Shown: positions 9,062-22,129, counted from the whole stretch's first letter. The stretch: DNA of 63,789 nucleotides, filler included, from Anaerolineae bacterium (GCA_041082215.1; 5 parts of 5 records of this genome joined end to end with filler, not necessarily neighbours in it), one strand, 5' to 3'. Numbers and translations: made by a program. Notes: generated from the sequence alone by a model not told the origin.

Positions 9062-10221
9062 TGGAAATGCCGGTCACCGACAGGCCATTCCGTTTCCTTT
9101 TCCTCCACTCAGAAACGGGCGGCGGCCATCGGCAGGCGGCCCTGGCGGTGGCAGAGGCGCTGAAAGCGGGGTGGGGGGGGCAGGCCCAGGTGGAGATGGT
9201 GGACGCGCTGGCCGCCTATGCCCCCTGGCCTGTGCGGCAGGCGCCCGAATGGTACGGGAAAGTGCTCTGGGATGGCGGTCGGGCCTACGGGCTGGGATTC
9301 CGCCTCCTGGACGGACAGCTCCGCGCCTGGGCGCTCTCCGCTCTCTTCCGACCCTATACCCTCCCCGCCGCCCGTCGTCTGCTGGCCGATCACCCCGCTG
9401 ACGTGGTCGTCGTCTTCCACCCCGTGCCGATCCCTACCCTCTCCTGCGCCCTGACCCGGATGGAAGCAGCACCGCCTCTCGTCGCCGTGGGAGTTGACCT
9501 GGCGGTGATGCACGGCTTCTGGGCTGCCCCCGGCGTCCGGCGGTATCTGGTGGCATCGGAGGCGGCACGGGCCCGGCTGATCCGCCACGGGGTGGACCCG
9601 GCCCGGGTCGAGGTGGTGGGCCTTCCGGTCCGGCGTCGCTTTCACGAGGCGGCCGGATGGGATCGGGAGGAGGTGCGGCGCCGGCTGGGACTTGATCCTC
9701 ATCGGCCTCTGGTGCTGGTGATGGCCGGTGAGGTGGGTTTTGGCCCGCTGGAGCGGGTGGCGCGCGCGCTGGCGAAGGCGGAGCTTCCGGCCCAGCTTGT
9801 CGTGGTGACGGGGCGCAACCAGAGGCTGCGGGACCGGCTTCAGACCCTCGTTCAGCCCGGTCGGGTGCGGGTCGAGGGGTTCGTGGAGAACATCCACGAA
9901 TGGATGCGGGCCGCTGACCTGCTGGCTACCAAAGCGGGACCGGCCACGCTGGCCGAGGCGCTGGCGGTGGGGGTGCCGCTGGTGCTCTGGGGGGCGATCC
10001 CCGCCCAGGAGACCCCCAACGTGCGGCTGGTGGTGGAGGTGGGGGCAGGGGTGTGGGCTCCCGGCCCCCGCCGCGTGGTGCAGGCGGTGGCCCGGCTCCT
10101 GGAAGATCCGGAAGGGCGGGCACGGATGGAGGTGCAGGGGCACCGGCTGGCCTGTCCGCAGGCGGCCGAACGGATCGCCCTCACGCTGTGGGAGATGGCA
10201 GGCGGCTGGGCCAGACGGTAG
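9061..10221 (+). CDS. MGDG synthase/UgtP-like glycosyltransferase (GT28)
   Basis: TGGGHRQAA, ADLLATKAGPATLAEA, QETPN. Confidence 0.88.
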   Translation: MEMPVTDRPFRFLFLHSETGGGHRQAALAVAEALKAGWGGQAQVEMVDALAAYAPWPVRQAPEWYGKVLWDGGRAYGLGFRLLDGQLRAWALSALFRPYTLPAARRLLADHPADVVVVFHPVPIPTLSCALTRMEAAPPLVAVGVDLAVMHGFWAAPGVRRYLVASEAARARLIRHGVDPARVEVVGLPVRRRFHEAAGWDREEVRRRLGLDPHRPLVLVMAGEVGFGPLERVARALAKAELPAQLVVVTGRNQRLRDRLQTLVQPGRVRVEGFVENIHEWMRAADLLATKAGPATLAEALAVGVPLVLWGAIPAQETPNVRLVVEVGAGVWAPGPRRVVQAVARLLEDPEGRARMEVQGHRLACPQAAERIALTLWEMAGGWARR

Positions 10222-10242
10222 GTCGGGGTTGTTTCCCCGACC
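10218..10242 (+). repeat. GTAG-type REP-like palindrome overlapping the stop codon
   Basis: GTA-GGTCGGGG-TTGTTT-CCCCGACC. Confidence 0.55.
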
Positions 10243-10278
10243 GGGGCGGGCAGCAGGGCCGCTCTATGGGGGGTAACC

Positions 10279-11601
10279 GTGAGCGAGATTGTGACGGTGA
10301 TCGGTGGAGGGTTGGCCGGCAGCGAGGCGGCCTGGCAGATCGCCGGGCGGGGCATCCAGGTGATCCTCTATGAAATGCGTCCCCACAGGATGACCCCGGC
10401 CCACGTCGGCGGCCGGCTGGCCGAGCTGGTCTGCTCCAACAGCCTCGGCTCCGACCTGATAGACCGGGCGGCCGGCCTCCTCAAGGCGGAACTCCGTCGG
10501 CTCGGATCGCTGCTCCTGGCCTGCGCCGACGAAACACGGGTCCCTGCCGGTGGAGCACTGGCCGTGGACCGGGAGCGGTTCGCTCAGGCTGTCACCCAGC
10601 GCATCGAGTCCCATCCGCTGATCCGTGTCGTCCGCCAGGAGGTGACGGAGATCCCCGACGGGGTGACGGTCATCGCTACCGGCCCTCTTACCTCGCCCCT
10701 TCTGGCCGGGGCCATCGCCAGCCTCACCGGACAGGACCACCTCTATTTCTACGACGCCATCGCTCCTATCGTGACCGCCGATTCCGTAGATATGACGGTG
10801 GCCTTCCGCGCCTCCCGCTACGACAAGGGGGAGGCGGACTATATCAACTGCCCGATGACGAGGGAGGAGTACGAGCGGTTCGTGGATGCCCTGGTGACGG
10901 CAGAGCGCATCCCGCTGCGGGATTTCGAGCGGGAGGATGTCCGCTTTTTTGAGGGTTGCCTCCCCGTCGAGGTGCTGGCAGCCCGGGGGCGGGACGCGCT
11001 GGCCTACGGCCCCCTCCGACCAGTGGGACTGACCGACCCTCGAACCGGCCGCCGGCCCTACGCCGTGGTCCAGCTCCGGCAGGATAACCTCATCGGCACC
11101 CTCTACAATATGGTGGGGTTCCAGACCAACCTGCGGTACGCCGAGCAGGACCGGGTGTTCCGGCTGATCCCGGGGCTGGAAAGGGCTGTCTTCGTCCGCT
11201 ACGGGCAGATGCATCGGAACACGTTCCTCAACGCCCCGGAGCTTCTGGAACCGACCCTGGCCTTTCGGCGTCGGCCGGACCTCTTCTTCGCTGGTCAGAT
11301 CACGGGGGTGGAGGGGTATGTGGGCAGCATCGGCACCGGCTGGCTGGCGGGGGTGAACGCGGCCCGACGGGCGCGGGGGCTGGAAGGGCTGGCCTTGCCC
11401 CGCACCACGATGTTAGGGGCGCTGTGCCATTATATCAGCCATGCCGATCCGGCGTCGTTTCAGCCGATGAAGGCCAATTTCGGCCTGCTGCCGCCCCTAT
11501 CCCAGGAGGCGCAGGGGAAACGGGAACGGTACCGGGCCTATGCGGAGCGGGCGCTTTCGGAACTGGCGGCCTGGATGGACGGGGTTGACAGGGGTGGATG
11601 A
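10279..11601 (+). CDS. trmFO: tRNA (uracil-54)-methyltransferase, FAD/folate dependent
   Basis: [43 protein letters not shown]. Confidence 0.97.
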   Translation: MSEIVTVIGGGLAGSEAAWQIAGRGIQVILYEMRPHRMTPAHVGGRLAELVCSNSLGSDLIDRAAGLLKAELRRLGSLLLACADETRVPAGGALAVDRERFAQAVTQRIESHPLIRVVRQEVTEIPDGVTVIATGPLTSPLLAGAIASLTGQDHLYFYDAIAPIVTADSVDMTVAFRASRYDKGEADYINCPMTREEYERFVDALVTAERIPLRDFEREDVRFFEGCLPVEVLAARGRDALAYGPLRPVGLTDPRTGRRPYAVVQLRQDNLIGTLYNMVGFQTNLRYAEQDRVFRLIPGLERAVFVRYGQMHRNTFLNAPELLEPTLAFRRRPDLFFAGQITGVEGYVGSIGTGWLAGVNAARRARGLEGLALPRTTMLGALCHYISHADPASFQPMKANFGLLPPLSQEAQGKRERYRAYAERALSELAAWMDGVDRGG

Positions 11602-11605
11602 CCCC

Positions 11606-12892
11606 TTACCTCAGTCGGATCGTCTGATCCCGGTCCGGCCCGACGCCGATGAGGGAGACCGGCACTCCCACCGCCTCCTCAATGGTGCGCACGTATGCCT
11701 GTGCCTGGGGGGGCAGTTCCTCCCATCGCCTTGCCTGACCGATCTCCCCGGTCCATCCCGGCAGCTCTTCGTAGACCGGCTGCCAGCGGGCCAGCTCCTC
11801 GACGCCGAAGGGGGCGGGGAACCGGTCTGTCCGCCTGCCCTCTTGCCTGTAGGCCACGGCGATCTTCAACGGATGGATGCCGGTGAGGACATCCAGCTTG
11901 GTCAGTGCCAGCTCCGTCAGGCCGTTGACCTGGGCAGCGTAACGGAGGATGGTGAGGTCGAGCCAGCCGCAACGGCGGGGACGGCCGGTTGTGGTGCCGT
12001 ACTCCCCGCCGGACTCGCGGATCCGGTCCCCTACCTCATCCAGAAGCTCGGTGGGGAAGGGGCCGCCGCCCACGCGGGTGGTATAGGCTTTGGCGACGCC
12101 GATCACCCGGGCCACCTCCCTGGGACCGAACCCCAGCCCTGTCAGCGCCCCTCCGGCGATGGTGGAGGAGCTGGTGACGTAGGGGTAGGTGCCATGGTCC
12201 AGGTCGAGGAGTGTCCCCTGCGCTCCCTCGCAGAGGATCGTCCTCCCTGCGGCCAGAGTCTCGGCCACCAGGGCAGAGCCGTCCACCAGATGGGCTTTGA
12301 GCCGCCGGGCATGGGCGGTGTATTCGGCGGCGGCCTCTTCGACGGGCAGGGGGGCAAGTCCGTAGTGCTCCTGGAGCAGCCGGTTGTGGGCGGTCACCAC
12401 CTCCGCCACCTGCTCACCGAACCCCTCCGGGTCCAGCATCTGCCCAGCGCGGAGTCCTGTTCGGGCTGCCTTATCGGCGTAGGTGGGGCCGATCCCCCGG
12501 CGGGTAGTGCCGATGGCCCCTTCTCCCCGGACTGCCTCGCCGGCCCCGTCCAGCGCGCGGTGGGTGGGGAGGATGATGTGGGCCGTAGTGGAGAGCTTCA
12601 CCCTGCCCGGTCCCACATCCATCCCGAGCGCCGCCAGCTCGTCCAGCTCTGCCACCAGTCGGGCCGGGTTGACGACCACGCCGCCTCCGATCAGGCAGGT
12701 GACGGAGGGGTGAAGGATTCCGGAGGGGACGAGGTGGAGGCGAAGCGTATGGCCTTCGGCCACCACCGTATGGCCGGCGTTGTCCCCTCCGTTGTAGCGG
12801 GCCACCAGATGGACCTGCCCGGCCAGGTCGTCCACCACCCGCCCTTTGCCCTCGTCGCCCCACTGGGCACCGACAACAATTATCGCCGGCAT
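11606..12892 (-). CDS. purA: Adenylosuccinate synthetase
   Basis: GAQWGDEGKG, NAGHT, EGAQG, EYGTTTGRPRRCGW. Confidence 0.98.
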   Translation of the reverse strand: MPAIIVVGAQWGDEGKGRVVDDLAGQVHLVARYNGGDNAGHTVVAEGHTLRLHLVPSGILHPSVTCLIGGGVVVNPARLVAELDELAALGMDVGPGRVKLSTTAHIILPTHRALDGAGEAVRGEGAIGTTRRGIGPTYADKAARTGLRAGQMLDPEGFGEQVAEVVTAHNRLLQEHYGLAPLPVEEAAAEYTAHARRLKAHLVDGSALVAETLAAGRTILCEGAQGTLLDLDHGTYPYVTSSSTIAGGALTGLGFGPREVARVIGVAKAYTTRVGGGPFPTELLDEVGDRIRESGGEYGTTTGRPRRCGWLDLTILRYAAQVNGLTELALTKLDVLTGIHPLKIAVAYRQEGRRTDRFPAPFGVEELARWQPVYEELPGWTGEIGQARRWEELPPQAQAYVRTIEEAVGVPVSLIGVGPDRDQTIRLR

Positions 12893-12935
12893 GGGCCACC
12901 TCCTTTCCCGCGCAGGCTGGCAGGCTGCTGAAGAC

Positions 12936-12970
12936 ACCTGTAGGACAGGCTTTCAGCCTGTCCTACAGGT
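12936..12970. repeat. Perfect 16-bp inverted repeat of GTAG-REP type between tRNA-Glu and purA
   Basis: ACCTGTAGGACAGGCT-TTC-AGCCTGTCCTACAGGT. Confidence 0.75.
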
Positions 12971-13043
12971 GCCCCCAACGGGATTTGAACCCGTGCCGCG
13001 GGCTTGAAAGGCCCGTGTCCTGACCAGGCTAGACGATGGGGGC
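12970..13043 (-). tRNA. tRNA-Glu (TTC)
   Basis: GCCCCCA acceptor stem, anticodon arm CGGGC-CTTTCAA-GCCCG, GGTTCAAATCC T arm; CCA not fully encoded. Confidence 0.96.
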
Positions 13044-13053
13044 GGATAGGCGT

Positions 13054-13081
13054 ATTGTACCATAAAGGTTCCCTCCGTCAA
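13054..13081 (-). promoter_or_regulatory. Sigma70-type promoter for tRNA-Glu
   Basis: TTGACG-16 bp-TACAAT with extended TG. Confidence 0.7.
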
Positions 13082-13093
13082 GGGAAGGGTGGC

Positions 13094-13122
13094 TTTACAA
13101 AAAAGAGAATTTGGGCTATAAT
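13094..13122 (+). promoter_or_regulatory. Sigma70-type promoter for greA
   Basis: TTTACA-17 bp-TATAAT. Confidence 0.75.
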
Positions 13123-13303
13123 CGGACCACTGAAGTCCGCTGCCGGAATGGAACAATTCTCTTCCAAGCTGAGAGCAACCCTCTCAGCCTTCGTGTAAGA
13201 TTATAGGTCCATCCCAGGTACCGCCACGCTCTGCGTGGGGGTCTCTCTTTTTCGTTGAAAGAGGCAGTTGCCGGATTCTGTTATTCCCATCTCAAGAGAA
13301 CCT

Positions 13304-13771
13304 ATGAGTGATCAGATTATCTACCTGACCCGCGAAGGATACGACAAACTGGAGGCCGAACTGGAATACCTCCGCACCGTCCGTCGCCAGGAGGTGGCCC
13401 GCCGCCTCCATGATGCCCTGGCGGAGGGGGACCTGCTGGAGAACGCCGAGCTGGAGGCTGCGCGGAACGAGCAGGCTTTCGTCGAGGGGCGCATCCTGGA
13501 GCTGGAGACCCTGCTGGGTAATGCCGAGATCATCGAGGAGAACAGGTTTGGAGAAGTGGTGGGACTTGGCAGCCGGGTGACCATCGTCGAGGGAGATGGC
13601 CCCCCGGAGACCTACCACATCGTCGGTTCTGCTGAAGCCTCCCCTTCCGAAGGCAAAATCTCTTATGAATCCCCCCTGGGTAGGGCCTTGATGGGCTGCC
13701 GTGTGGGCGACGAGGTCACGGTGAACGCACCCGACGGCCTGCTGGTCTTCCGCGTCGTAGAAATCCACTAG
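13304..13771 (+). CDS. greA: Transcription elongation factor GreA
   Basis: LTREGY.KLEAELEYL, GDLLENAE, KISYESPLGRAL. Confidence 0.96.
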   Translation: MSDQIIYLTREGYDKLEAELEYLRTVRRQEVARRLHDALAEGDLLENAELEAARNEQAFVEGRILELETLLGNAEIIEENRFGEVVGLGSRVTIVEGDGPPETYHIVGSAEASPSEGKISYESPLGRALMGCRVGDEVTVNAPDGLLVFRVVEIH

Positions 13772-13794
13772 CCGTCACCACCGCTGGATGTATG

Positions 13795-13830
13795 AAACGC
13801 CCGCCCGGCCCGGGAGTGCGGGCGTTTTTG
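13795..13830 (+). terminator. Intrinsic terminator after greA
   Basis: AAACGCCCGC...GCGGGCGTTTTT. Confidence 0.7.
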
Positions 13831-13864
13831 TGTAACCGGCAGGGTGGAGGAGGATGGGTGATCT

Positions 13865-15370
13865 ATGGAGCTGAGCGAGCTGGAACGCCAACGTCTGGAA
13901 AAGCTGGAACGGCTGCGGCAGATGGGGTGGGACCCTTACCCCCCGCGGGCGGAGCGGACCTGTACGGCCGCCGAGGCCCTGGCCGCCTATGAGGCCGGCG
14001 GGGAGGGAATGGAGGTGACCGTCGCTGGACGGCTGCGGAGTATCCGCATTATGGGCAAGGCCTCCTTCGCCCATATCGAAGACGAAAGCGGTAAGATTCA
14101 GCTCCTCCTGCGGGTCAACGACCTGGGGGAGGCGGTCTACGAGACCTTCAAGCGGGATTTCGACCTGGGGGACTTCGTGGAGGCGAAGGGCACGCTGATG
14201 CGCACCCGCACCGGCGAGATCACCGTCCGTGCGGATCGGCTCCGTATGCTGGCCAAGGCGCTCACTCCCCTCCCGTGGGGCAAGGAGCAGAACGTCGGCG
14301 ACCAGGTGGTCCGCTACTCTGCCCTCACCGACGTGGAGGAGCGGTATCGCCAGCGGTACGCCGACCTGGCCGTCCACCCCGAGGTGCGCCAGATCTTCCG
14401 CCTCCGCGCCCGCACCATCGCCGCCCTGCGCCGTTTTCTTGACGAACGGGGGTTTCTGGAGGTGGAGACCCCTATCCTCCAGCCGATCTACGGCGGGGCA
14501 GCCGCCCGTCCCTTTGTCACTCACCACAACCAGCTGGATCAGGACCTCTATCTCCGCATCTCCGACGAACTCTACCTGAAGCGGCTCCTGGTGGGTGGCT
14601 ACGAGCGGGTCTACGAGATCGGCAGGGACTTCCGCAACGAGGGGGTCTCTTTCAAACATAACCCCGAATTCACTATGCTCGAGTTCTACGCGGCCTATCT
14701 GGACTACTGGGGGGTGATGGACCTCTGTGAGGAGATGGTCTCCACGGTCGCGCAGGAGGTGCTGGGGACGACCATCCTCACCTACCAGGGCCACACCATC
14801 AACCTGACCCCTCCCTGGCGACGGGTGAGCCTGAGGGAGGCGATCCTGGAGGTCGCCGGAATTGACTATGTCCAGTACCCCACTGCCGAAGCCCTGGCCC
14901 GCGCCCTGCGGGAGATCGGTCAGCAGCCGACGCCCGGCGCCTCCTGGGGGAAGTTGATAGATAAGGAGCTGTTGAGCGGGATGGTCGAGCCGACCCTGAT
15001 CCAGCCCACCATCGTCTACGACTATCCCCGCGACATCTCCCCGCTGGCCAAGGCCAAGCCCGACGACCCCACACACGTGGAGCGGTTCGAGTGTTTCATC
15101 GGCGGAATGGAGGTAGCCAACGCCTTCACCGAACTGAACGACCCGCTGGATCAGGAACAGCGGTTCCTGGAGATGGGGAAGCTCTATGGGGCCGACGAGG
15201 AGGAAACCCATCCTATGGACGAGGATTACATCCGGGCGATGATGTACGGAATGCCGCCCAACGGGGGGTTCGGGCTGGGGGTGGACCGGCTGGTGATGCT
15301 CTTCACCGACCGGGCTTCGATCCGGGAGGTGATTCTGTATCCGCATTTGAGGCCGAGGGAGAGGGAGTAG
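13865..15370 (+). CDS. lysS: Lysine--tRNA ligase (class II)
   Basis: GGAAARPFVTHHN, FRNEG..HNPEFTMLEFY, GMPPNGGFGLGVDRL. Confidence 0.98.
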   Translation: MELSELERQRLEKLERLRQMGWDPYPPRAERTCTAAEALAAYEAGGEGMEVTVAGRLRSIRIMGKASFAHIEDESGKIQLLLRVNDLGEAVYETFKRDFDLGDFVEAKGTLMRTRTGEITVRADRLRMLAKALTPLPWGKEQNVGDQVVRYSALTDVEERYRQRYADLAVHPEVRQIFRLRARTIAALRRFLDERGFLEVETPILQPIYGGAAARPFVTHHNQLDQDLYLRISDELYLKRLLVGGYERVYEIGRDFRNEGVSFKHNPEFTMLEFYAAYLDYWGVMDLCEEMVSTVAQEVLGTTILTYQGHTINLTPPWRRVSLREAILEVAGIDYVQYPTAEALARALREIGQQPTPGASWGKLIDKELLSGMVEPTLIQPTIVYDYPRDISPLAKAKPDDPTHVERFECFIGGMEVANAFTELNDPLDQEQRFLEMGKLYGADEEETHPMDEDYIRAMMYGMPPNGGFGLGVDRLVMLFTDRASIREVILYPHLRPRERE

Positions 15371-15418
15371 GCGAGGGGCAGGTGGGCAAGTCGGAGAGTT
15401 TCGTAATCGGGGGCGACT

Positions 15419-16696
15419 ATGCTGGACATCGCGCGTATCCGCAGTGAACCAGGGGTGGTGAGGGAGGCACTCGCCCATCGGGGGGAGGACCCGGCTGTAG
15501 TGGATCGGGTACTGGCGGTGGACGAGCAGTGGCGGGAGTGCCTGGCTCAGTTGGAAGAGCTGAGGGCGGAACGAAACCGGGTCTCCAGGGAAATCGGCCG
15601 GATGAAGGACCCCGCCGGGCGGGAGGCGCGGATCGCCGAGATGCGGGCCGTGGGGGAACGCATCGCTGAGTTGGAGGACCGGGTCCGGGAAGCGGAGGCT
15701 CTGCGGCAGGAATTGCTGCTTTCCATCCCCAACATCCCCCACCCCTCAGTGATCGTGGGGCCGGACGAGACCCACAATGTGGTGGTGCGGGAGTGGGGGG
15801 AGCCCCGCCCGTTCGATTTCGACCCGATCCCCCACTGGGACCTGGGGCCGGAGCTGGGCATCCTGGACTTCGAACGGGGGGTGAAGCTCTCCGGCAGCCG
15901 CTTCTATGTCCTCTACGGGGCGGGGGCGCGGCTGGAGCGGGCCCTCATCGCCTGGATGCTGGATGTGCATACGCGGGAGCACGGGTACACCGAGGTTTAC
16001 CCGCCCTTTGTGGTCAAGGAAGAGTGTCTCGTGGGCGCGGGACAGTTGCCCAAGTTCGCCGACAACCTTTACCACGACGCCGAGGACGATATCTGGCTGG
16101 TCCCGACGGCAGAGGTGCCGTTGACCAATCTCCACCGGGACGAAATCCTGCCTGCCGAGGTGCTGCCCCTCAGGTACGTCGCCTACACCCCCTGCTTCCG
16201 CCGGGAGAAGATGAGCGCCGGGCGGGACGTGCGGGGGATCAAGCGGGGACATCAGTTTGACAAAGTGGAGATGTATCAGTTCACGGAGCCGGAGGCCAGC
16301 TACGAGGCGCTGGAAGAAATGGTGGAGCACGCGCTGGACCTCTGCCGGCGGCTGGGGATCCCCCATCGGCTGGTGGAGATCTGCACCGGCGACCTGGGCT
16401 TTACCGTCGCCAGGACCTACGACATTGAGATGTGGGCGCCGGGATGCGAGGAATGGCTGGAGGTCAGCTCTATCAGCAACTGTGAGGACTTCCAGGCCCG
16501 TCGGGCCAACATCCGCTACCGTCCCGCCCCCGATGCCCGCCCCCGCTTCGTCCACACCCTCAACGGCTCCGGGCTGGCTCTCCCCCGGGTGGTGATCGCC
16601 ATCCTGGAAAACTACCAGCAGGCCGATGGCTCGGTCGCCGTGCCGGAGGTGCTGCGGCCGTGGATGGGCGGGGTGGAGGTGATTCAGGGAAGATAG
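15419..16696 (+). CDS. serS: Serine--tRNA ligase
   Basis: [26 protein letters not shown]. Confidence 0.98.
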   Translation: MLDIARIRSEPGVVREALAHRGEDPAVVDRVLAVDEQWRECLAQLEELRAERNRVSREIGRMKDPAGREARIAEMRAVGERIAELEDRVREAEALRQELLLSIPNIPHPSVIVGPDETHNVVVREWGEPRPFDFDPIPHWDLGPELGILDFERGVKLSGSRFYVLYGAGARLERALIAWMLDVHTREHGYTEVYPPFVVKEECLVGAGQLPKFADNLYHDAEDDIWLVPTAEVPLTNLHRDEILPAEVLPLRYVAYTPCFRREKMSAGRDVRGIKRGHQFDKVEMYQFTEPEASYEALEEMVEHALDLCRRLGIPHRLVEICTGDLGFTVARTYDIEMWAPGCEEWLEVSSISNCEDFQARRANIRYRPAPDARPRFVHTLNGSGLALPRVVIAILENYQQADGSVAVPEVLRPWMGGVEVIQGR

Positions 16697-16712
16697 AATC
16701 TGTGGTGAATGC

Positions 16713-18038
16713 CTACCCTGGCAACAGCACCGCCCGCAGCTCCGGCACGTATTCGTCTATGATCTGGGGGGTGATAGCGTTGGCCCGGATGATGTCCCGG
16801 TAGAGATAGGCGGACCGGCGGGGAGTGCGGGCCTGCGTTGCAGGGTCCAGCTCGATCAGGCCGAACCGCAGCGTCCACCCCTCCGCCCACTCGAAGTTAT
16901 CCACCAGGGTCCAGTGGTAGTACCCCATCACCGGGTGGCAGCCCTGGAGAACACGCCACACCTGATGGAGGTGGGTGAGGATGTAGCGGGGCCGCTGGTC
17001 GTCGTCGCTATCCGGGATGCCGTTTTCGGTGACGTAGATGGGCAGCCCCAGCCGGGCCAACCGTCGAAGCGTCCGCCCCATCCCCTCCGGGTAGAACTCT
17101 CCGTAGCCCCCATCCAGAAGCTCCGCATCCTCATGGTGGAAGTTGCGACCGAAGAGCTGCCGGGCCATCCGCCGGTCGAAGGCCACCACGTCCCGCGTGT
17201 AATAATTCAGCCCCACCCAATCCAGGGTGTTGCGCAGCCGGAAGGCCCAGCCAAGTCCCAGGGGTAGCAGCCACCGCCCCCGGGTGACAGCGGCCAGGAA
17301 GGACTCGTTGTAGGCCTGGTCCTGCCATCGGGCCACCCGCCGGTCGAGCGGGGAGCGGGGGGAGGCCGGGTCGAAGATGCGGATGTTGTGGGCGAACCCC
17401 ACCCGTGCCCCTGGCTGGAGCTGGTGAATGCGGCGGTAGGCGGCTGCATGGGCCCGCATCAGGTTACGTCCCGCCTCCATCGCTGCCCGGAGGTCCTGTT
17501 TGCCCGGCGGGAAGATTCCCTCCATATAGCCGAGAAAGACGACCACGTTCGGCTCGTTGATGGTGCACCAGAGGTCGCAGAACTCCCCCAGCGCCTCCAC
17601 CACCCGGGCCGCATACCGCTCGAAGAGGGGGATCACCCGGGGGTTCTCCCATCCCCCCATCTCCGCCAGCCACAGCGGGTTGGTGAAGTGATGAAGGGTG
17701 ACCATCGGCTCGATCCCCCGTTCCCGCAGCCCCCGGAGCATCGCCCGGTACCGTTCCAGCGCCGCCTCATCGAAGCGGCCCTCCTCCGGTTCGATACGGG
17801 ACCACTCGACAGAGAGCCGGTGGGCGTTCTGGCCCAGCTCAGCCGCCCGGTCGAAATCCTCCTCCGCCCGCTCCCACCAGTTACAGGCCAGGCCGGAGCG
17901 GTGCTCCTCTTTGATATGGCCCTCCACCTGCTCCCAGGCCCACCAATCGTTGTTGGTGTTATTCCCCTCCACCTGGTGGGAAGAGGTGGCGGTGCCCCAC
18001 TTGAAATCGGGTGGGAAATGGAAAGTAGCCTCTGGCAT
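16713..18038 (-). CDS. Glycoside hydrolase family 1 (beta-glucosidase-like)
   Basis: WGTATSSHQVEG; catalytic TINEP and VTENG; DNFEW. Confidence 0.95.
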   Translation of the reverse strand: MPEATFHFPPDFKWGTATSSHQVEGNNTNNDWWAWEQVEGHIKEEHRSGLACNWWERAEEDFDRAAELGQNAHRLSVEWSRIEPEEGRFDEAALERYRAMLRGLRERGIEPMVTLHHFTNPLWLAEMGGWENPRVIPLFERYAARVVEALGEFCDLWCTINEPNVVVFLGYMEGIFPPGKQDLRAAMEAGRNLMRAHAAAYRRIHQLQPGARVGFAHNIRIFDPASPRSPLDRRVARWQDQAYNESFLAAVTRGRWLLPLGLGWAFRLRNTLDWVGLNYYTRDVVAFDRRMARQLFGRNFHHEDAELLDGGYGEFYPEGMGRTLRRLARLGLPIYVTENGIPDSDDDQRPRYILTHLHQVWRVLQGCHPVMGYYHWTLVDNFEWAEGWTLRFGLIELDPATQARTPRRSAYLYRDIIRANAITPQIIDEYVPELRAVLLPG

Positions 18039-18130
18039 GCTGGCACCTCCAAGGTGTGATAGGATGGAACGCAACCGGGACGCGGAGACGCGGAGGACTC
18101 CGTGTCCTCTGTGTCCCCGTGGTAGAAATC

Positions 18131-20486
<2,356 letters not shown>

Positions 20487-20490
<4 letters not shown>

Positions 20491-21113
20491 CCCTCCACCT
20501 CGATCACGGCCAGGGGGTAGACGTTGATGACGGTGGTCGCTCCGTACCGGGTGCGGCTGGCCTGGGGCCGGTAGACGTGCTTGTGGCCGTGGAGCAGGTA
20601 GCGAGGCCGGAACCGCTCCATCAGCCAGCGGAGGGCGGCGAACCCGCGGTGGGGCATGTCCTCCCCGTCGTGGATACCGCGGGGCGGAGCATGGCTGACC
20701 AGAATGTCCAGATACCGCCCGTGGAATATCCGGTTGAGCAGAAGGGAGGGGATCAGCCGCACTGCTTTCCGCCACATCTCCTCGTCCGTGTATTGATAAG
20801 GGGCCTGAGGCTTGTAGCGCAGGGAGCCTTCCAGGCCAGCCAGCAAGAGCGACCCCGCCCGCATCACCCGCCCGTCCAGATTGACCCATCCCCCCGGCTC
20901 TGTCCGCACCCCTCCATCGGCGGTGTATTCGGGCTGGTCGTGATTCCCATGGACGTAAAAGGCTGGCAGCGAGAGCATGGTCACCACATACTCCATATAG
21001 GAATAAGGGAGGTCCCCACAGGAGATCAGGAGGTCCACGTCGCCGAACAGCTCCCGGATACGAGGGCTATAGACCTCATCTACCACCTGGTCGCTGAGGG
21101 CCAGGATTTTCAT
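20487..21113 (-). CDS. Metallophosphoesterase
   Basis: LSD, CGDL, HGNHD, SHAPP, HGHKH. Confidence 0.9.
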
Positions 21114-21421
21114 GGCTCTGCCCCCTTCGGCCAGTGGCGGGTGTAGTTGTAGGCCAGTTTGTCCAGGATCGCCTGTTCCAGGTCCACCCCGGTCAGGTAG
21201 GCCAGTTGGAGCAGGTAGAGGGCCACATCGGCCAGCTCTCCCGCCAGCGACGCCGGGTCCGCCTCCTCCTCCCACTGGAAGTGCTCCAGCACCTCGGCTG
21301 CTTCCAGCGCCAGGCTGATAGCGATGCTGCGGGGGGTTTGCCGGAAGGGGGAATCCTCCCGGTACCATCCCATATCGGAGACAAACCGGTTCATCCGGTC
21401 GGTCAGTTCCTGAATCGTCAT
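21110..21421 (-). CDS. MazG-like nucleotide pyrophosphohydrolase (dCTPase-like)
   Basis: LEAAEVLEHFQW, ELADV, K...NY. Confidence 0.88.
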   Translation of the reverse strand: MTIQELTDRMNRFVSDMGWYREDSPFRQTPRSIAISLALEAAEVLEHFQWEEEADPASLAGELADVALYLLQLAYLTGVDLEQAILDKLAYNYTRHWPKGAEP

Positions 21422-21610
21422 CCGTGCCCCCACAAAGAAGCCAGCCCTCGACGGTCTGGAGGGCTGGCTGGCATATCCCAATTTGTTTTTTCCCCAGCAC
21501 GCCTATCCAGACCGTTGGTCTGGCTTCTCAGGCGCGGGCGGGCTGGGAAAACGGAATGTCTGCATCGGGACAACACCTATCTACAGTCTATTCTTAAAAA
21601 AGTATACACC

Positions 21611-21642
21611 GACTGGAGTTCAGACGTGTTGCTCTTCCGATC
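21611..21642 (+). other. Illumina TruSeq adapter remnant
   Basis: GACTGGAGTTCAGACGTGT(T)GCTCTTCCGATC at the contig end. Confidence 0.93.
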
Positions 21643-21742
21643 NNNNNNNNNNNNNNNNNNNNNNNNNNNNNNNNNNNNNNNNNNNNTTAATTAATTAANN
21701 NNNNNNNNNNNNNNNNNNNNNNNNNNNNNNNNNNNNNNNNNN
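21643..21742. other. Artificial contig linker
   Basis: N runs flanking TTAATTAATTAA. Confidence 0.99.
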
Positions 21743-22129
21743 CTGCGCCATGGAGGGGCGCTGATGCTCTCCACGCCCAACGCTGGCCACTGGCAGCCCC
21801 TGCGCGAGCCTGAGGCCTGGAGCGCGTACCACCCTCCGGCGCACCTGGTCCTCTTCACAGCTGAGTCCTTGAAAATGGCATTGGAGAAAGCAGGCTTTTC
21901 TTCAGTCCGCGTCTGGAGGGTCTCTCCGCTCCCTCCTCTGCCAGGGCTCGTGCGGCAAGCCACGGCTCCATTAGCCCGGGCCCTGGCAGATGGGAGTGCC
22001 CGACCATGGTTACCGGCTCTGCTTCTCTGGCGGGCCGTTCGCCTCCTGGGATGGGCGTGGCAGAAGGTCGCCCACCCCCAGGATGACATCTTTGCTACAC
22101 TGGAGGCGCTCGCTTGGCATAATGTATAA
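21743..22129 (+). CDS. Class I SAM methyltransferase, C-terminal part (5' truncated)
   Basis: GGALMLSTPN...PPAHLVLFTAESL...LEKAGF. Confidence 0.7.
   Translation: MRHGGALMLSTPNAGHWQPLREPEAWSAYHPPAHLVLFTAESLKMALEKAGFSSVRVWRVSPLPPLPGLVRQATAPLARALADGSARPWLPALLLWRAVRLLGWAWQKVAHPQDDIFATLEALAWHNV

Noticed and set aside
12970..13043. tRNA-Glu as an integration site
   Set aside because: No integrase and no duplicated tRNA 3' end seen; flanked by purA and greA
13780..13864. T-box riboswitch upstream of lysS, serS or proS
   Set aside because: Intergenic spaces are too short and no T-box consensus (AAnnnGGGTGGnACC) is evident
21480..21642. Odd sequence and short ORFs at the contig end
   Set aside because: It ends in an Illumina adapter, so the adjacent bases are unreliable
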